From: an uncultured Thermoplasmatales archaeon
GTDB taxonomy: Archaea; Thermoplasmatota; E2; DHVEG-1
NCBI GenBank assembly: GCA_964627915.1
Contig: CAZVKY010000001.1
Location: forward strand, 6,966 to 68,464
Reading direction: 5' to 3'
DNA length: 61,499 nucleotides
Within the stretch, counting starts at the first letter, position 1. Each line of letters starts with the position of its first letter. The position numbers and the translations under genes were made by a program. Below, piece by piece: positions 8,766 to 19,276 of the stretch. A model generated the notes under the pieces. The model ran no database searches, was not told the origin of the DNA, and worked only from the letters and a program-made list of their open reading frames with translations.

Positions 8766-10097
8766 ATGAATGTATTAGTTGTTGGCGGTGGCGCCAGAGA
8801 ACATGTGATGTGTGATGCAGTACATCGATCAAACAAGGTAGCCTTGTTTAGTGTCATGAAAAACATTAACCCTGGGATTGAATCACTTGCTGGATCTGTG
8901 TTACAGCAAAAGGAAACAATGATAGATCCAATCGTAGGCTTTGCGGATGAAAAAGATATTGATTTAGTTCTGATTGGTCCGGAGGCGCCGTTGCAGGCTG
9001 GGTTAACCGATGCGCTGCAAAAGCAAGGAATCATGGTTTGTGCACCTACTCAAGCGGCAGCCCGGATTGAAACTGATAAAGAATGGATGAGAAAGATCCT
9101 TAAAAAATATGAGATTGCTGGGCAAATAAAATGGTCAACGTTTACGGATGTAGACAAAGCGATTTCCTTTGTGAATCGTTTAGATGGTGAGGTTGCGTTA
9201 AAACCTATTGGGTTGACTGGTGGAAAAGGGGTGAGGGTAGCTGGTGATCATTTTCAGAATATTGATGGAGCAAGATCGTATATTAAGAGTATTTTTGATG
9301 ATGAGATTGGTGGTCAATCCAAAGTGTTAGTTGAGGAAAAAGCCGTTGGTGAAGAGTTTACTATTCAGGCGTTTTCAGATGGAAAAACCATTCTACCATT
9401 ACCTGCCGTTCAGGATCATAAACGATTATTGCCCGGTGATAAAGGACCTAATACTGGTGGGATGGGTTCTTATTCAGATAAAAATGGTTTGCTTCCATTT
9501 CTTTCAAAAAGCGAATATGAACAGGCAGCTACCATCCTACAGAATGTAGTTGAGGCTCTTTCTAAAGAACAATGCTCCTATGTTGGCCCTATTTATGGAC
9601 AGTTTATGTTAACTAGTGATGGACCGAAAATCATTGAGATTAATGCTCGTTTTGGCGATCCTGAGGCCATGAATGTGCTTCCTTTATTAGATTCGGATTT
9701 TGTTTCTCTTTGTCAGGCTATGGTGAATGGTGAAGTGGAGAAACGTAAACTACGGTTGAGGCAGATGGCTACGGTCTGTAAATATGTTGTTCCTGAAGGA
9801 TATGGGCGGAAAAGCATGGCTGATGAAAAGATTATGGTTGATGAACAACAAATACGTAAGAATGGATCGCAGTTGTTTTATGCTTCGGTTAATAAATCAA
9901 ATGATTATGTGACTACCACATCATCTCGATCTCTTGCAGTGGTAGGCTTGGGAGATGATATTGCAACGGCTGAACATCGATGTGAGCAAAGTCTTCACTA
10001 TGTGAGCGGAGATCATATGTTTATTCGTCATGATGTAGGAACAGCAGCATTGATTCAGAAACGTATTGATCATATGAAACAACTTCATGGGCTGTAA
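8766..10097 (+). CDS. purD: phosphoribosylamine-glycine ligase
   Basis: MNVLVVGGGAREH...GPEAPL...ATP-grasp core (LKPIGLTGGKGV, EEKAVGEEFTIQAF, GPNTGGMGSY, IEINARFGDPE). Confidence 0.9.
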   Translation: MNVLVVGGGAREHVMCDAVHRSNKVALFSVMKNINPGIESLAGSVLQQKETMIDPIVGFADEKDIDLVLIGPEAPLQAGLTDALQKQGIMVCAPTQAAARIETDKEWMRKILKKYEIAGQIKWSTFTDVDKAISFVNRLDGEVALKPIGLTGGKGVRVAGDHFQNIDGARSYIKSIFDDEIGGQSKVLVEEKAVGEEFTIQAFSDGKTILPLPAVQDHKRLLPGDKGPNTGGMGSYSDKNGLLPFLSKSEYEQAATILQNVVEALSKEQCSYVGPIYGQFMLTSDGPKIIEINARFGDPEAMNVLPLLDSDFVSLCQAMVNGEVEKRKLRLRQMATVCKYVVPEGYGRKSMADEKIMVDEQQIRKNGSQLFYASVNKSNDYVTTTSSRSLAVVGLGDDIATAEHRCEQSLHYVSGDHMFIRHDVGTAALIQKRIDHMKQLHGL

Positions 10098-10103
10098 ACA
10101 ATT

Positions 10104-10877
10104 ATGAAACAAAATATTTTTACTTATTTAATTGGAACAGCAGGATCTGGGAAATCAACATTGACATCAATTTGTAAACGATGGATGGATCTTCAGGGAA
10201 TCGATTCTATTATCCTTAATCTTGATCCAGGCGCGGAAAATCTTCCCTATGATCCAGATATTGATATACGAGATTGGATTTCGCTTTCTGAGATCATGGA
10301 TACTCATAAGCTAGGGCCAAATGGGGCTCAAATTGCTTGTGCGGATATGTTGGCATTGAATACCACCGATATCAAAGAAAGCCTTGATCAATTTAAAAGC
10401 GATTATGTTTTTGTTGATACTCCAGGTCAATTAGAATTATTTGTTTTCCGTGAATCAGGAAAATATATTATTGATTCGCTGCAACCTAATCGCTCTGTTG
10501 TTGCTTATCTGATAGATCAGAATTTAGCTAAAAACCCTCATTTTTTTGTATCACAATTGTTATTATCGTTGACGACTAATTTTCGTTTAGCTGTTCCTCA
10601 GGTTAATTTGTTAAGTAAATCAGATCTGTTGGATCCTTCTGAGATTGACCAATTGGTTTCTTGGGCGCAGGATCCAGATGGTTTAGAGTTTGCTCTTTCA
10701 AATCAGAAGCCATCTATCTATAGGGAGATGAATGAGGAAATCATTCGATTGGTTTCTCATTTTCAAAGCTATGGTCCGTTGATTCCCACTGGTAAAGAGG
10801 ATTATTTGGGTGTTGATGACTTATATACCATGGTTCAGTTGCTTTTTCAAGGTGGAGAGGATGTGCGTCCTGATTAA
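10104..10877 (+). CDS. GPN-loop GTPase
   Basis: P-loop GTAGSGKST, GPN motif KLGPNGA, DTPGQLELF, LSKSDL. Confidence 0.85.
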   Translation: MKQNIFTYLIGTAGSGKSTLTSICKRWMDLQGIDSIILNLDPGAENLPYDPDIDIRDWISLSEIMDTHKLGPNGAQIACADMLALNTTDIKESLDQFKSDYVFVDTPGQLELFVFRESGKYIIDSLQPNRSVVAYLIDQNLAKNPHFFVSQLLLSLTTNFRLAVPQVNLLSKSDLLDPSEIDQLVSWAQDPDGLEFALSNQKPSIYREMNEEIIRLVSHFQSYGPLIPTGKEDYLGVDDLYTMVQLLFQGGEDVRPD

Positions 10878-10890
10878 AAAATTAATTTTT

Positions 10891-11202
10891 TTATGTTAAC
10901 ATGTTTTGTTTGACCGGAACAATATCAAATATAATTTCTAAAAGTTCTAACACTGATTGGAGTATTGTTAAAACGAATTGTAGTATCGCTTTTAATAATT
11001 CTAATAACCAATCAGGAGGACCATTCAAGTCTAAATCCAACAGATTCACATTTTCTATTTTTTCCTCGATGCCTATTTTTGCTTCTTCGATTTTATTTGT
11101 CTTTGTTATATACTTTGAATTTTCAGTTGGAACTGCTGTTGCAGCTGATATCATTAACAATGCCACACTTGCTGCAATTATGGTTAGAATATATTTCTTC
11201 AC
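10891..11202 (-). CDS. small secreted protein (signal peptide plus amphipathic helical C-terminus)
   Basis: MKKYILTIIAASVALLMISAATA|VPTEN classical signal peptide. C-terminal LLELLKAILQFVLTILQSVLELLEIIF. Antisense + strand ORFs here are low-complexity. Confidence 0.5.
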   Translation of the reverse strand: MKKYILTIIAASVALLMISAATAVPTENSKYITKTNKIEEAKIGIEEKIENVNLLDLDLNGPPDWLLELLKAILQFVLTILQSVLELLEIIFDIVPVKQNMLT

Positions 11203-11516
11203 AAAACTTCACCCATTTCGTATTATTCTTCTTATTATAAATATTTATTGCTGATTTGATTTTAATATCATTGTTTTTACAGTAATCTACAAGATGTTTG
11301 CACTTTTTTGAAAGACAATGAGAAAATGTAAGTCGAGAAGAACTTGTTAATACTCCTAAGTTTTAATGGTCAATGGCAAAAAGTGCAAAAGTATTGATAA
11401 TAAAATATAAAAGTATTAAGGCTTTGGATTTATGATTAGGTTTAATTATCGAAAAACTATAAAAAATAAATTAAAGCATATATTATTTTAAACATTCATA
11501 AAATATATTTTTTTCT

Positions 11517-13475
11517 TTACTTTGATTGAATAGTGATTTTTTTAGTCATGAGCTCAAGAGGCCGATGTCTGAGAGGAATAACAAGAATTTTTGACTGTAT
11601 CGTTGATTTTTCTGAATAAAACTGTGGAGCATGAAAAGAAACGAGAGTTCCAATTCTTATCTGGGGAATTCTAAGAGGAGAAAAAAACAAAAAAAGTGCT
11701 TTTTCTTGAAGGTGCAATGAAGAATAAAGAGAAACATTAAATGTTTCTTTTTGATGGATTGTGTCAGGAGCTAAAACATATCGGTTTATACTATGTTTTT
11801 CTTCAGTGATAGAAACAAATATGATCTCTTTACTTGTTTGATTTTTGGTATGAACGGTGAGATTTATTTTGTATCGACCTGCAGCAAGGTTTTGAGTATC
11901 CCACGTGCATAATGTACTATTTGTTACGGGTTGTATACCTTGATTGAAATAAATCCATGGGTGCTGATCAGTATCAATGGATGAGATAAGTTGATAGCTG
12001 CAGGTATAATGATGAAACTGTTTTCCATTTGCGGTTCCAATGATATCTATTTCTGTTGTTTGTATTGGTGATATGGGTTTGAGTGAGGCATTTGGCAATG
12101 TTTCGGTTGTTATGTTTGTGGAAATCTCAATTTTGCCATATCCTTGGGTGGTGAGATTATATCCAATGTCTTTGGCATGTGATCGTAAAGCCATTTTTAC
12201 TTCATATGCTGACCAGCTTGGATTTTGATTAAGCAGTAATGCGCAGTATCCAGCGACATAGGGACAAGCCATACTGGTGCCACTTAAGGTCTCATAAATG
12301 TGGTTCAACCAGGTGCTTTTTATATGAACTCCTGGTGCAACGACATCGGGTTTAACCAGTGAAAGACGATATGATCCCCTTGAACTAAAAGGTGCGATTA
12401 TATTTTCTGATGAGGTTGCCCCAACTGCAATTACATCTTGTGCAATGGCTGGTGATGATATTGTGTTTTGTTCTGGACCTTGATTTCCTGCAGCAGAAAC
12501 CACTATGATTCCCATGGAAACAGCGTTTTGGGCTGCTTGACTGAGCATATCATCACTGGTTCCTTCTGGATCACCTGCACTAATTGAGATGATATTTACA
12601 TGATCGGAGATGTTACCATCATTGTTTGGATCTATTGCTCGTTCAAATGCTTGCAAAAAAGCGGAGGTATGTCCTGTTCCTTCCTCGTTGAGTACTTTAT
12701 ATGAATAATAATATGAATCTGGAGCAACACCCATAAATGGATCATAGGCTGATCTCGTTTCGTTTCCAACTGCAATACCGGCACAATGAGTGCCATGGCC
12801 ATGATCATCCATTGGATCTGAATCATTGTTTACAAAATCATACCCTCCTAAGTATTGTTTATTTAATGCAGGGTGGGTGTAATCCACACCAGTATCGAAA
12901 AAAGCAATGGTTGTTGAGCTGTCGGCTAGGCTAGCATGGGAATCTATTTCTGATTCAGTTCTATTTGATGATGAATCAGGTGCAGATATATCAAGATTAG
13001 TTACACTTATTTCTTTATCCCTTGTGATTCTTTTTACTAGTGGAAGTTTTTCAATGTTTTCTGCGATTTGAGCATTAATTCCTTTTAAAACAATGGCATT
13101 GAGAATAAGATTATATTGTCTGGTAAATAGTAGTTTTTTATCGCTATACATGGATTGAATATTTTGTTTTACGTTTTGTTGAATCATTGAAATATTTTGT
13201 TTGATTTGTTGGAATAGCTGTGTTTGGTTTAAACTAGTAAGCTGAATGGAACGGTTTTGTTGAGCCTCTAAGAGTTTTTGAATCCCATTTTTTTCGGTTA
13301 ATTCAATGATGTATGTGGATTCTTCTTGATTTTCGTATTGTACTGTTAACGAAATAGCATTCATTATGGATGCATTGGAAAAAAGGATACTGAACACTAT
13401 ACCTATCAAAAGAATATGAACAATTCGTTTTGAGAAAGATGTAATATAACGAGATTTGTGTAATAATGTCTGCAT
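11517..13475 (-). CDS. secreted subtilisin-like serine protease (peptidase S8) with I9-type propeptide
   Basis: Catalytic triad motifs FFDTGVDYTHP (D), HGHGTHCAGIA (H), SGTSMACPYVAG (S). N-terminal signal anchor, and a roughly 200-aa C-terminal extension. Confidence 0.9.
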   Translation of the reverse strand: MQTLLHKSRYITSFSKRIVHILLIGIVFSILFSNASIMNAISLTVQYENQEESTYIIELTEKNGIQKLLEAQQNRSIQLTSLNQTQLFQQIKQNISMIQQNVKQNIQSMYSDKKLLFTRQYNLILNAIVLKGINAQIAENIEKLPLVKRITRDKEISVTNLDISAPDSSSNRTESEIDSHASLADSSTTIAFFDTGVDYTHPALNKQYLGGYDFVNNDSDPMDDHGHGTHCAGIAVGNETRSAYDPFMGVAPDSYYYSYKVLNEEGTGHTSAFLQAFERAIDPNNDGNISDHVNIISISAGDPEGTSDDMLSQAAQNAVSMGIIVVSAAGNQGPEQNTISSPAIAQDVIAVGATSSENIIAPFSSRGSYRLSLVKPDVVAPGVHIKSTWLNHIYETLSGTSMACPYVAGYCALLLNQNPSWSAYEVKMALRSHAKDIGYNLTTQGYGKIEISTNITTETLPNASLKPISPIQTTEIDIIGTANGKQFHHYTCSYQLISSIDTDQHPWIYFNQGIQPVTNSTLCTWDTQNLAAGRYKINLTVHTKNQTSKEIIFVSITEEKHSINRYVLAPDTIHQKETFNVSLYSSLHLQEKALFLFFSPLRIPQIRIGTLVSFHAPQFYSEKSTIQSKILVIPLRHRPLELMTKKITIQSK

Positions 13476-13504
13476 CTATAGTAACTGGGCGTTATAACTA
13501 CTTA

Positions 13505-14446
13505 TTAATCTTGCTTTACGATTCTTGCCGCAGTGTTACCAGAGGAGAGTAATACTACTCTTGATTTTGGTTTTTCATTGATGAGTTCATACCCTATTTT
13601 TTCTGCTAATTTTTTGCTGAATGTTTGTATGGTTTTATGGGATGGCATGTTTTCTAATGTTAATCGTTTTCGTGAGTCACCAACTAGAACAAATCCTTTA
13701 GGTTCAACGAAATCGGGATTGGCTTTTTGGATAAGACGGGCATAGGAATCAATAGCAGAATCGGTCATGTTCCATTTTTGCACAAGGGTATGTCGAATAA
13801 CAGTGCGAGTGTCTAATGAGGGAAGCAAGTCTATTGTTTGATTAAGTTTTTCCCAACCGTTTTTGATGATGGGATTGCAGAGTTTTTTGTATGTCTCTTT
13901 TGTTGGAGCTACTAAAGAGATGTAGAGTTGTTTGGGAAGGGGGCTAAGGTGTTCCAATACTTCGGGGGTGGTTCCATTGGTGACAAGAAAAGTGGTCATA
14001 TTCTTTTGATGACAAGCTTCAAAAAAATCACCTAATTTTGGGTAGAGTGTTGGTTCTCCAGATAATGAACAAGCAACCATATTTGGGGTATTTGCTTCCT
14101 TCCATTTTTTCATATCGCATCGATCATCACCTTTGAATCCGGTGATTAATTGTTGTTGAGCTTTGATGATTCCTTCAAGGATTTCTTGAGGGTCATCTGA
14201 TTCTTCGAGATGTTCTTCGGTGAATCCCTGGTACCGCCAGCAGAAAAGACAATTTTGAGTACAGTGATTGATTGTTGGAGCCATTTGCAGGCAACGATGG
14301 GATTGTATACCGTAGAAATCCTGTTTATAACAATGTCTTTTATGGATCAGGCTTTGTTTTAACCAATGGCAGAGTTTCACCCCGGAATGATTGCCGACAA
14401 TAGAATAGTGTTGTTTTTCCAAGCGTTTTTTAATTTTTGATTCCAT
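13505..14446 (-). CDS. taw1: tRNA 4-demethylwyosine synthase (Taw1/TYW1-type radical SAM)
   Basis: KLCHWLKQSL...RCLQMAPT..CTQNCLFCWR (radical SAM CxxxCxxC plus upstream Cys cluster), SLSGEPTLYP. Size and layout match archaeal Taw1. Confidence 0.8.
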   Translation of the reverse strand: MESKIKKRLEKQHYSIVGNHSGVKLCHWLKQSLIHKRHCYKQDFYGIQSHRCLQMAPTINHCTQNCLFCWRYQGFTEEHLEESDDPQEILEGIIKAQQQLITGFKGDDRCDMKKWKEANTPNMVACSLSGEPTLYPKLGDFFEACHQKNMTTFLVTNGTTPEVLEHLSPLPKQLYISLVAPTKETYKKLCNPIIKNGWEKLNQTIDLLPSLDTRTVIRHTLVQKWNMTDSAIDSYARLIQKANPDFVEPKGFVLVGDSRKRLTLENMPSHKTIQTFSKKLAEKIGYELINEKPKSRVVLLSSGNTAARIVKQD

Positions 14447-14539
14447 GTAAATACCTGTTTTTTTATCTTTTTATGGTGAATCTCATGAATATGGTCCTTT
14501 ATAAGTGTATATGGGCTTTTGATTATTACTCTGAAAGAA

Positions 14540-15334
14540 TTATATTTTGTTTGGTAATTGATGCTGTAAGCATAATTTTTTAATGAGTTCATTTACTGAT
14601 TTCGTATATTGTTCAGATGGACGAATGGCATCAGTGTATAGATAGTTATATGTTGTTTGCAAATGAGGATAATAATGTTGAATAAGATTAAAAAAGGCAG
14701 TTTTTTGATATCCTTTGAGTTCTAGATAGGTATGAATGAAATAATCTGCTCTGTGTTTTTTTGCTTTTTTGATGAGTGTTTCAATGTGATTTTTTGTATC
14801 GGTGATACCTGGTATGATGGGAATCATTGCTACACCCGTTTTTGCGTGGGAGGTGAGTTGTTGCATGGTTTCTAATCGTGATAGTGGTGATGGGGTTTTT
14901 CCTTCAAAAAGATGCCAGATGTGTTCATCATTGGAAAGAATACTAAATGTAATCCAGACATTATTCATTTTTTTTAAAATATCAAGATCTCGGAGAATTA
15001 AGGTTGATTTGGTTAGAATATGGACTGGAACCTGTTTTTTTTGTAAGATTTGTAAAAGAGACCGGGTTATTTCATATTTTTTTTCAATCGATTGATAGGG
15101 ATCATGCACCGATCCGATGATGATTCGTCCTTTTTTATGATGAGGTAATTCTTTTTTGAGTAATTCACTAGCGTTTTTGGTAATATAAATGGTATGATCA
15201 AAAGCGGAATCACAATAGGAACATCCAAACTCACAATGTTGATAGGGATCAATGGTATACTTCCCATGAAAAAGCGCATCATCCCGAGTGATGGTTTTAA
15301 TAAGACTGTTTTGCTGGATGCATTTATAGGTCAT
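14540..15334 (-). CDS. radical SAM protein (SPL/photolyase-like family)
   Basis: IDPYQHCEFGCSYCDS motif near the N-terminus. 264 aa. Confidence 0.75.
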   Translation of the reverse strand: MTYKCIQQNSLIKTITRDDALFHGKYTIDPYQHCEFGCSYCDSAFDHTIYITKNASELLKKELPHHKKGRIIIGSVHDPYQSIEKKYEITRSLLQILQKKQVPVHILTKSTLILRDLDILKKMNNVWITFSILSNDEHIWHLFEGKTPSPLSRLETMQQLTSHAKTGVAMIPIIPGITDTKNHIETLIKKAKKHRADYFIHTYLELKGYQKTAFFNLIQHYYPHLQTTYNYLYTDAIRPSEQYTKSVNELIKKLCLQHQLPNKI

Positions 15335-15336
15335 TC

Positions 15337-17073
15337 TTACATTTCCTCTGGAGCAGAAATCCCAAGAATATCAAGTCCATTGTGTAGCACGATTTTGGTG
15401 GCTAATACTAAATGCAATCGGGCTTGTTTTCGATTATTGTCTTTTTCAGTGATTACCGGGCAATCTCGATAAAATTGATTGAATAGTGAAGCTACTTCAT
15501 ATACATATGAACAAAGCTGATGAGGTCTATATTGTTCACAAGCAATTCGAATAAGTTCAGGAAGTTCAGCAAGTTTCATAGCTAGATTCTGTTCAGCTTT
15601 CTCTGTGAGTACCTCATATCCTGAAAAATTTTTATTAATTCCTTCAGCTTTTTGTTTTGCTAAGATACCTGAGGCTCGTGCATGTGCATATTGAATAAAG
15701 GGTGCTGCGTTTCCATCAAAACTCAGTGCTTCCTTCCATTTAAACACGATGTCTTTTTCTGGTTGAACTTTGATAATATTATAGCGTAATGCGCCTGTTC
15801 CTACGATTTTGGCAATATGGTTCATTTGCTGATCATTGAGTTCTTTTCCTCTTCGTTTTTTTACTTCTTCATAAGCCCGTTTGATGCATTCCTGGATAAG
15901 ATCATCAAGAGAGACCATTCGTCCTTTCCGAGTTGACATTTTTCCACCGGGAAGGGAGACAAAGGAATAAAAAACAGGATGTGGGAGATGTGTTTCTCCA
16001 ATTAATTCAAGACCAATGGCTACTTGTTTCGATTCAAGTTTATGATCCTCTCCTAAAATATTGACAAGTTTATCTGCATGTTGTGCTTTCCATGCATGAT
16101 AGGCAATGTCTCTAGTTGCATAAAGAGATGTCCCATCTTTCCGGGTGAAGAAAAACTTGGTGTTTCTTCCTTTGATACCATGGGATGCTAAATCAAGATA
16201 GTATGCACCATCTTCATCTGAACAAATCGGTGTTTTTTTTAAGGAGTTAATGATTTTTTCTACGGATTTATCTTTGACAAAGGTGGATTCAGGTATATAT
16301 CTATCAATACTGATGTTGATAGTCTGTAAGCTTTGCTTCATTCCTTTAAGTACCGGTTCATATGCGTTGTGGATTTGTTCTAATACTTGTTGGTTACCTT
16401 GTTCACTTTCTTGAACTAACATGCCGATTTCTTGTTGAATGTTCTTATCTTGTTCCATGAGTTTATTTGCTTCTTGATAGAATCCTACCGCGTGATGATC
16501 TGGTTTGTCGATTGCTGGTTTTGGAATTTCGCCTGTATCAAGTTGATTCATACCCCAGGCAAGAATAGCTACTTGTTTGCCCATATCATCTACATAGAAT
16601 TGTGATTCTGTTTCATAACCGGCGGCAGTGAATAATCTGGTAATGGTATCTCCAATGATTGGATTTCTGGCTCGACCAACATGAAGTGGTCCATTTGGAT
16701 TTGCGGAGGTATGTTCAACAATGACTTTTTTCTTTTTAGAAGGAAGAGTTCCATAGGTTTCTTTTTTCTTTAAAATTAAAGAGAGTGTTTGTTGAATGAT
16801 TAAGCTTTGGTTAAGATAAAAATTAAGATAACCATTTGATACCTCTGTTTTTTTGATGAAGGTGTCCTTTTTGATTTCTTTTTGTATTTCTTCAGCTGTT
16901 TGCTGGGGTGATTTTTTACTAAGAGAACATAATTGAAAACAGGGAAATGCAAATGTTCCTTTTCCTTCAGGTGGGCGTTCAAGTAGTATGGTGGTTGGAT
17001 AATTTTTTTCCTTTAGGACATGTTGAAGAACTGTTGCAATCCTCTTTTTTGCTTCGACAAGTGGATAAGGCAT
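15337..17073 (-). CDS. argS: arginine-tRNA ligase
   Basis: SANPNGPLHVGRARN (HIGH-like), MSTRKG (KMSKS-like), C-terminal DALR anticodon-binding region. Confidence 0.9.
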   Translation of the reverse strand: MPYPLVEAKKRIATVLQHVLKEKNYPTTILLERPPEGKGTFAFPCFQLCSLSKKSPQQTAEEIQKEIKKDTFIKKTEVSNGYLNFYLNQSLIIQQTLSLILKKKETYGTLPSKKKKVIVEHTSANPNGPLHVGRARNPIIGDTITRLFTAAGYETESQFYVDDMGKQVAILAWGMNQLDTGEIPKPAIDKPDHHAVGFYQEANKLMEQDKNIQQEIGMLVQESEQGNQQVLEQIHNAYEPVLKGMKQSLQTINISIDRYIPESTFVKDKSVEKIINSLKKTPICSDEDGAYYLDLASHGIKGRNTKFFFTRKDGTSLYATRDIAYHAWKAQHADKLVNILGEDHKLESKQVAIGLELIGETHLPHPVFYSFVSLPGGKMSTRKGRMVSLDDLIQECIKRAYEEVKKRRGKELNDQQMNHIAKIVGTGALRYNIIKVQPEKDIVFKWKEALSFDGNAAPFIQYAHARASGILAKQKAEGINKNFSGYEVLTEKAEQNLAMKLAELPELIRIACEQYRPHQLCSYVYEVASLFNQFYRDCPVITEKDNNRKQARLHLVLATKIVLHNGLDILGISAPEEM

Positions 17074-17266
17074 GGGTTGCTAGAATTAGGATGGTCCTTA
17101 AATTTTTTTGTATTTATCGATAATTACTACATGTTTTTTTTGGCCAAAAACTTTTTTTATGAGGGTGTTATAGGTTTACTGGGGTTAGACATTGGGTAAA
17201 AACCCTTATAAATACCATGTCTATTTCCCCTTCTCTAATAAATAGATATCGAAAAGGTTGTGGACA

Positions 17267-17773
17267 ATGGCACGAAAACCAGGTAGTATGTACAGACAAA
17301 TCAGAGGTCAAGCATCAACGCGTAAAGAATACATGGGCGGAATTCCAAATTCGCGTATTACTCAGTTTGTGTTGGGGAATAAAACAGATGATTTCCCAGT
17401 TACCTTACATCTTATTGCTAATGAACAATGTCAAATTCGGCATGCAGCACTTGAATCTGCTCGTATTGCTGCAAATAGAACTATGGAAAAAAAAGCTGGA
17501 TTAGGTAATTATCGAATGAAGATTCGGGTGTATCCTCATGTTGTGCTTAGGGAAAATAAACAGGCCACAGGTGCTGGCGCTGATCGTGTTTCCCAAGGGA
17601 TGCGTGCTTCATTTGGTAAGATTGTTTCTATCGCTGCTCGTTTGAAACGAAATCAAGTAGTGATTGATGTTGAAACTACTGAAAAAAACATTAAACATGC
17701 AAAGAGTGCATTGCGAAAAGCAGGGATGAAACTTCCATCACCATGTAGCGTTGTCATGGATGAATCATCCTAA
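17267..17773 (+). CDS. rpl10e: 50S ribosomal protein uL16 (L10e)
   Basis: MARKPGSMYRQIRGQASTRKEYMGGIP..RI is the L10e N-terminus. ATG at 17267 preferred over the TTG at 17258. Confidence 0.9.
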   Translation: MARKPGSMYRQIRGQASTRKEYMGGIPNSRITQFVLGNKTDDFPVTLHLIANEQCQIRHAALESARIAANRTMEKKAGLGNYRMKIRVYPHVVLRENKQATGAGADRVSQGMRASFGKIVSIAARLKRNQVVIDVETTEKNIKHAKSALRKAGMKLPSPCSVVMDESS

Positions 17774-17824
17774 TCAATTTTTTTTATTCTTTTTATTTGT
17801 CAACTAGTACTTTTTGTATTGCTT

Positions 17825-19204
17825 TTAGAAATATTTGACAAACCATGGGAACAATACAATAAAAAGGATGATTAATGAAATAAAGATGGTGACATTGCGA
17901 ACGATGTTTTCTCTTTTTTCTTCTGAGATTGTTGCTTTCATTCGTTTGACTATTCCGCGTATTGCATCTGAGAACAGAAATCCGCCATCAAGAGGGATCA
18001 TTGGTAACACATTAAACATGCCCACTACAAGATTCAACCAGAAAATCCAGTATAAGGCATTAGTAATACCCCAAAAGAGATTGCTTGGAAGAAGAGATAA
18101 TGGACCCTCAATTATGTACCCTTGTGTGAATGGTGCGACTAAGGGGTTATATCCTGCCATGTAACCAAAGAAGGGAAGCGCATAGACTAGGAGGAGGCCA
18201 TCTGGAAAATCGGAGGTAAAGGGATGTTGAAGATATCCAATGAATTTTGAAACGTTATAAATATTGAGTCCAATACCGAGAAAACTATCATTTTTATCTG
18301 AAACATTTTTTGAGAACTGGGATTTATCAGCTAATGTGACCGTGGTAGTTATATTTTTATAGTCATGAAGATAAGTGATAGGAATCGTTTGGTTTACAGC
18401 AGTGTTATTTATAATGATGAGAAATGTGGAAACATTTTCAACTTCAGTATTATTTAGTGTTTTGAGGATGTCTCCAGCTTGCAATCCAATGTCATCAGCT
18501 GGGCTTTGATCGACAACATAAGGAATATGGTATCCATCTATCGGTTGAACCGCGGCCATAAAACCAAAAGAGAAAATGATCATGACAATGATAGCAACAG
18601 TAAAATTTGACATGGGGCCTGCGGCATACACACGCATTCGGTTACTAATTTTTGTTTCTTTGAGTTGGTCTTCATCTGGTTCACAGAATGCTCCGAGTGG
18701 AATGATGAGATATAAAACTCCAAGTGATTTTACTTTTAACGAATGAGCAAAGGTAAGGATTCCATGGGAAAATTCATGCACAATTACAGCGATGATTAAT
18801 CCAATAAGGATGTAAACTAAAAATTCTAAAGGGAGAATGGGGTTTAAACCAGGGATTACTAATCCGAATTCAATGCCGGGGAGTTCTTGTTGTTGTTGAG
18901 GAGTAAATTCCAGAACCGTCCAAGTATTTAACGCAAGAAGAAAGATCATGAAAAACATCATGAGAAAACAAAAAATGACTCCAACGGTTCCATAGCCTTT
19001 CCAAAATCGTTTTTTATTGGCTATTTTTCGTAGACTATTTACTCCTTTTTTTGTTCGAAGGAGTAAGGCTGGACCATAAAATGAAATGTTATATTTTTCA
19101 AATAATCCTTTTTTATAAAGAAATATTACTCCTATAATATATCCTGCAAGGATAATTGCAATCAAGAGAAGTATGTCTATGGTACTCATAATGCGATGAT
19201 GCAA
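17825..19204 (-). CDS. site-2 protease family (M50) intramembrane metalloprotease with PDZ-like insert
   Basis: HEFSHG (HExxH) and NVLPMIPLDGG (NxxPxxxLDG). Polytopic. Alternative start MSTID at 19189. Confidence 0.85.
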   Translation of the reverse strand: MHHRIMSTIDILLLIAIILAGYIIGVIFLYKKGLFEKYNISFYGPALLLRTKKGVNSLRKIANKKRFWKGYGTVGVIFCFLMMFFMIFLLALNTWTVLEFTPQQQQELPGIEFGLVIPGLNPILPLEFLVYILIGLIIAVIVHEFSHGILTFAHSLKVKSLGVLYLIIPLGAFCEPDEDQLKETKISNRMRVYAAGPMSNFTVAIIVMIIFSFGFMAAVQPIDGYHIPYVVDQSPADDIGLQAGDILKTLNNTEVENVSTFLIIINNTAVNQTIPITYLHDYKNITTTVTLADKSQFSKNVSDKNDSFLGIGLNIYNVSKFIGYLQHPFTSDFPDGLLLVYALPFFGYMAGYNPLVAPFTQGYIIEGPLSLLPSNLFWGITNALYWIFWLNLVVGMFNVLPMIPLDGGFLFSDAIRGIVKRMKATISEEKRENIVRNVTIFISLIILFIVLFPWFVKYF

Positions 19205-19276
19205 TAGGTTCCGATTTATATATCTAACTATGGAAACTCAGTTTTAATTTATCATTATTAAAGATAAAAATTATAT

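Noticed and set aside
10901-11254. Two + strand ORFs (117 and 91 aa) antisense to the small secreted protein gene.
   Set aside because: Their translations are low-complexity with no start context, whereas the minus-strand ORF has a canonical signal peptide.
14540-15334. Radical SAM ORF considered as the missing QueE.
   Set aside because: The cluster context (IDPYQHCEFGCSYCDS) and overall layout fit SPL/photolyase-like radical SAM proteins, not the QueE pattern.
17217-17504. 95-aa ORF overlapping the start of rpl10e in another frame.
   Set aside because: The rpl10e frame is unambiguous (MARKPGSMYR...), so the overlapping frame is a by-product.
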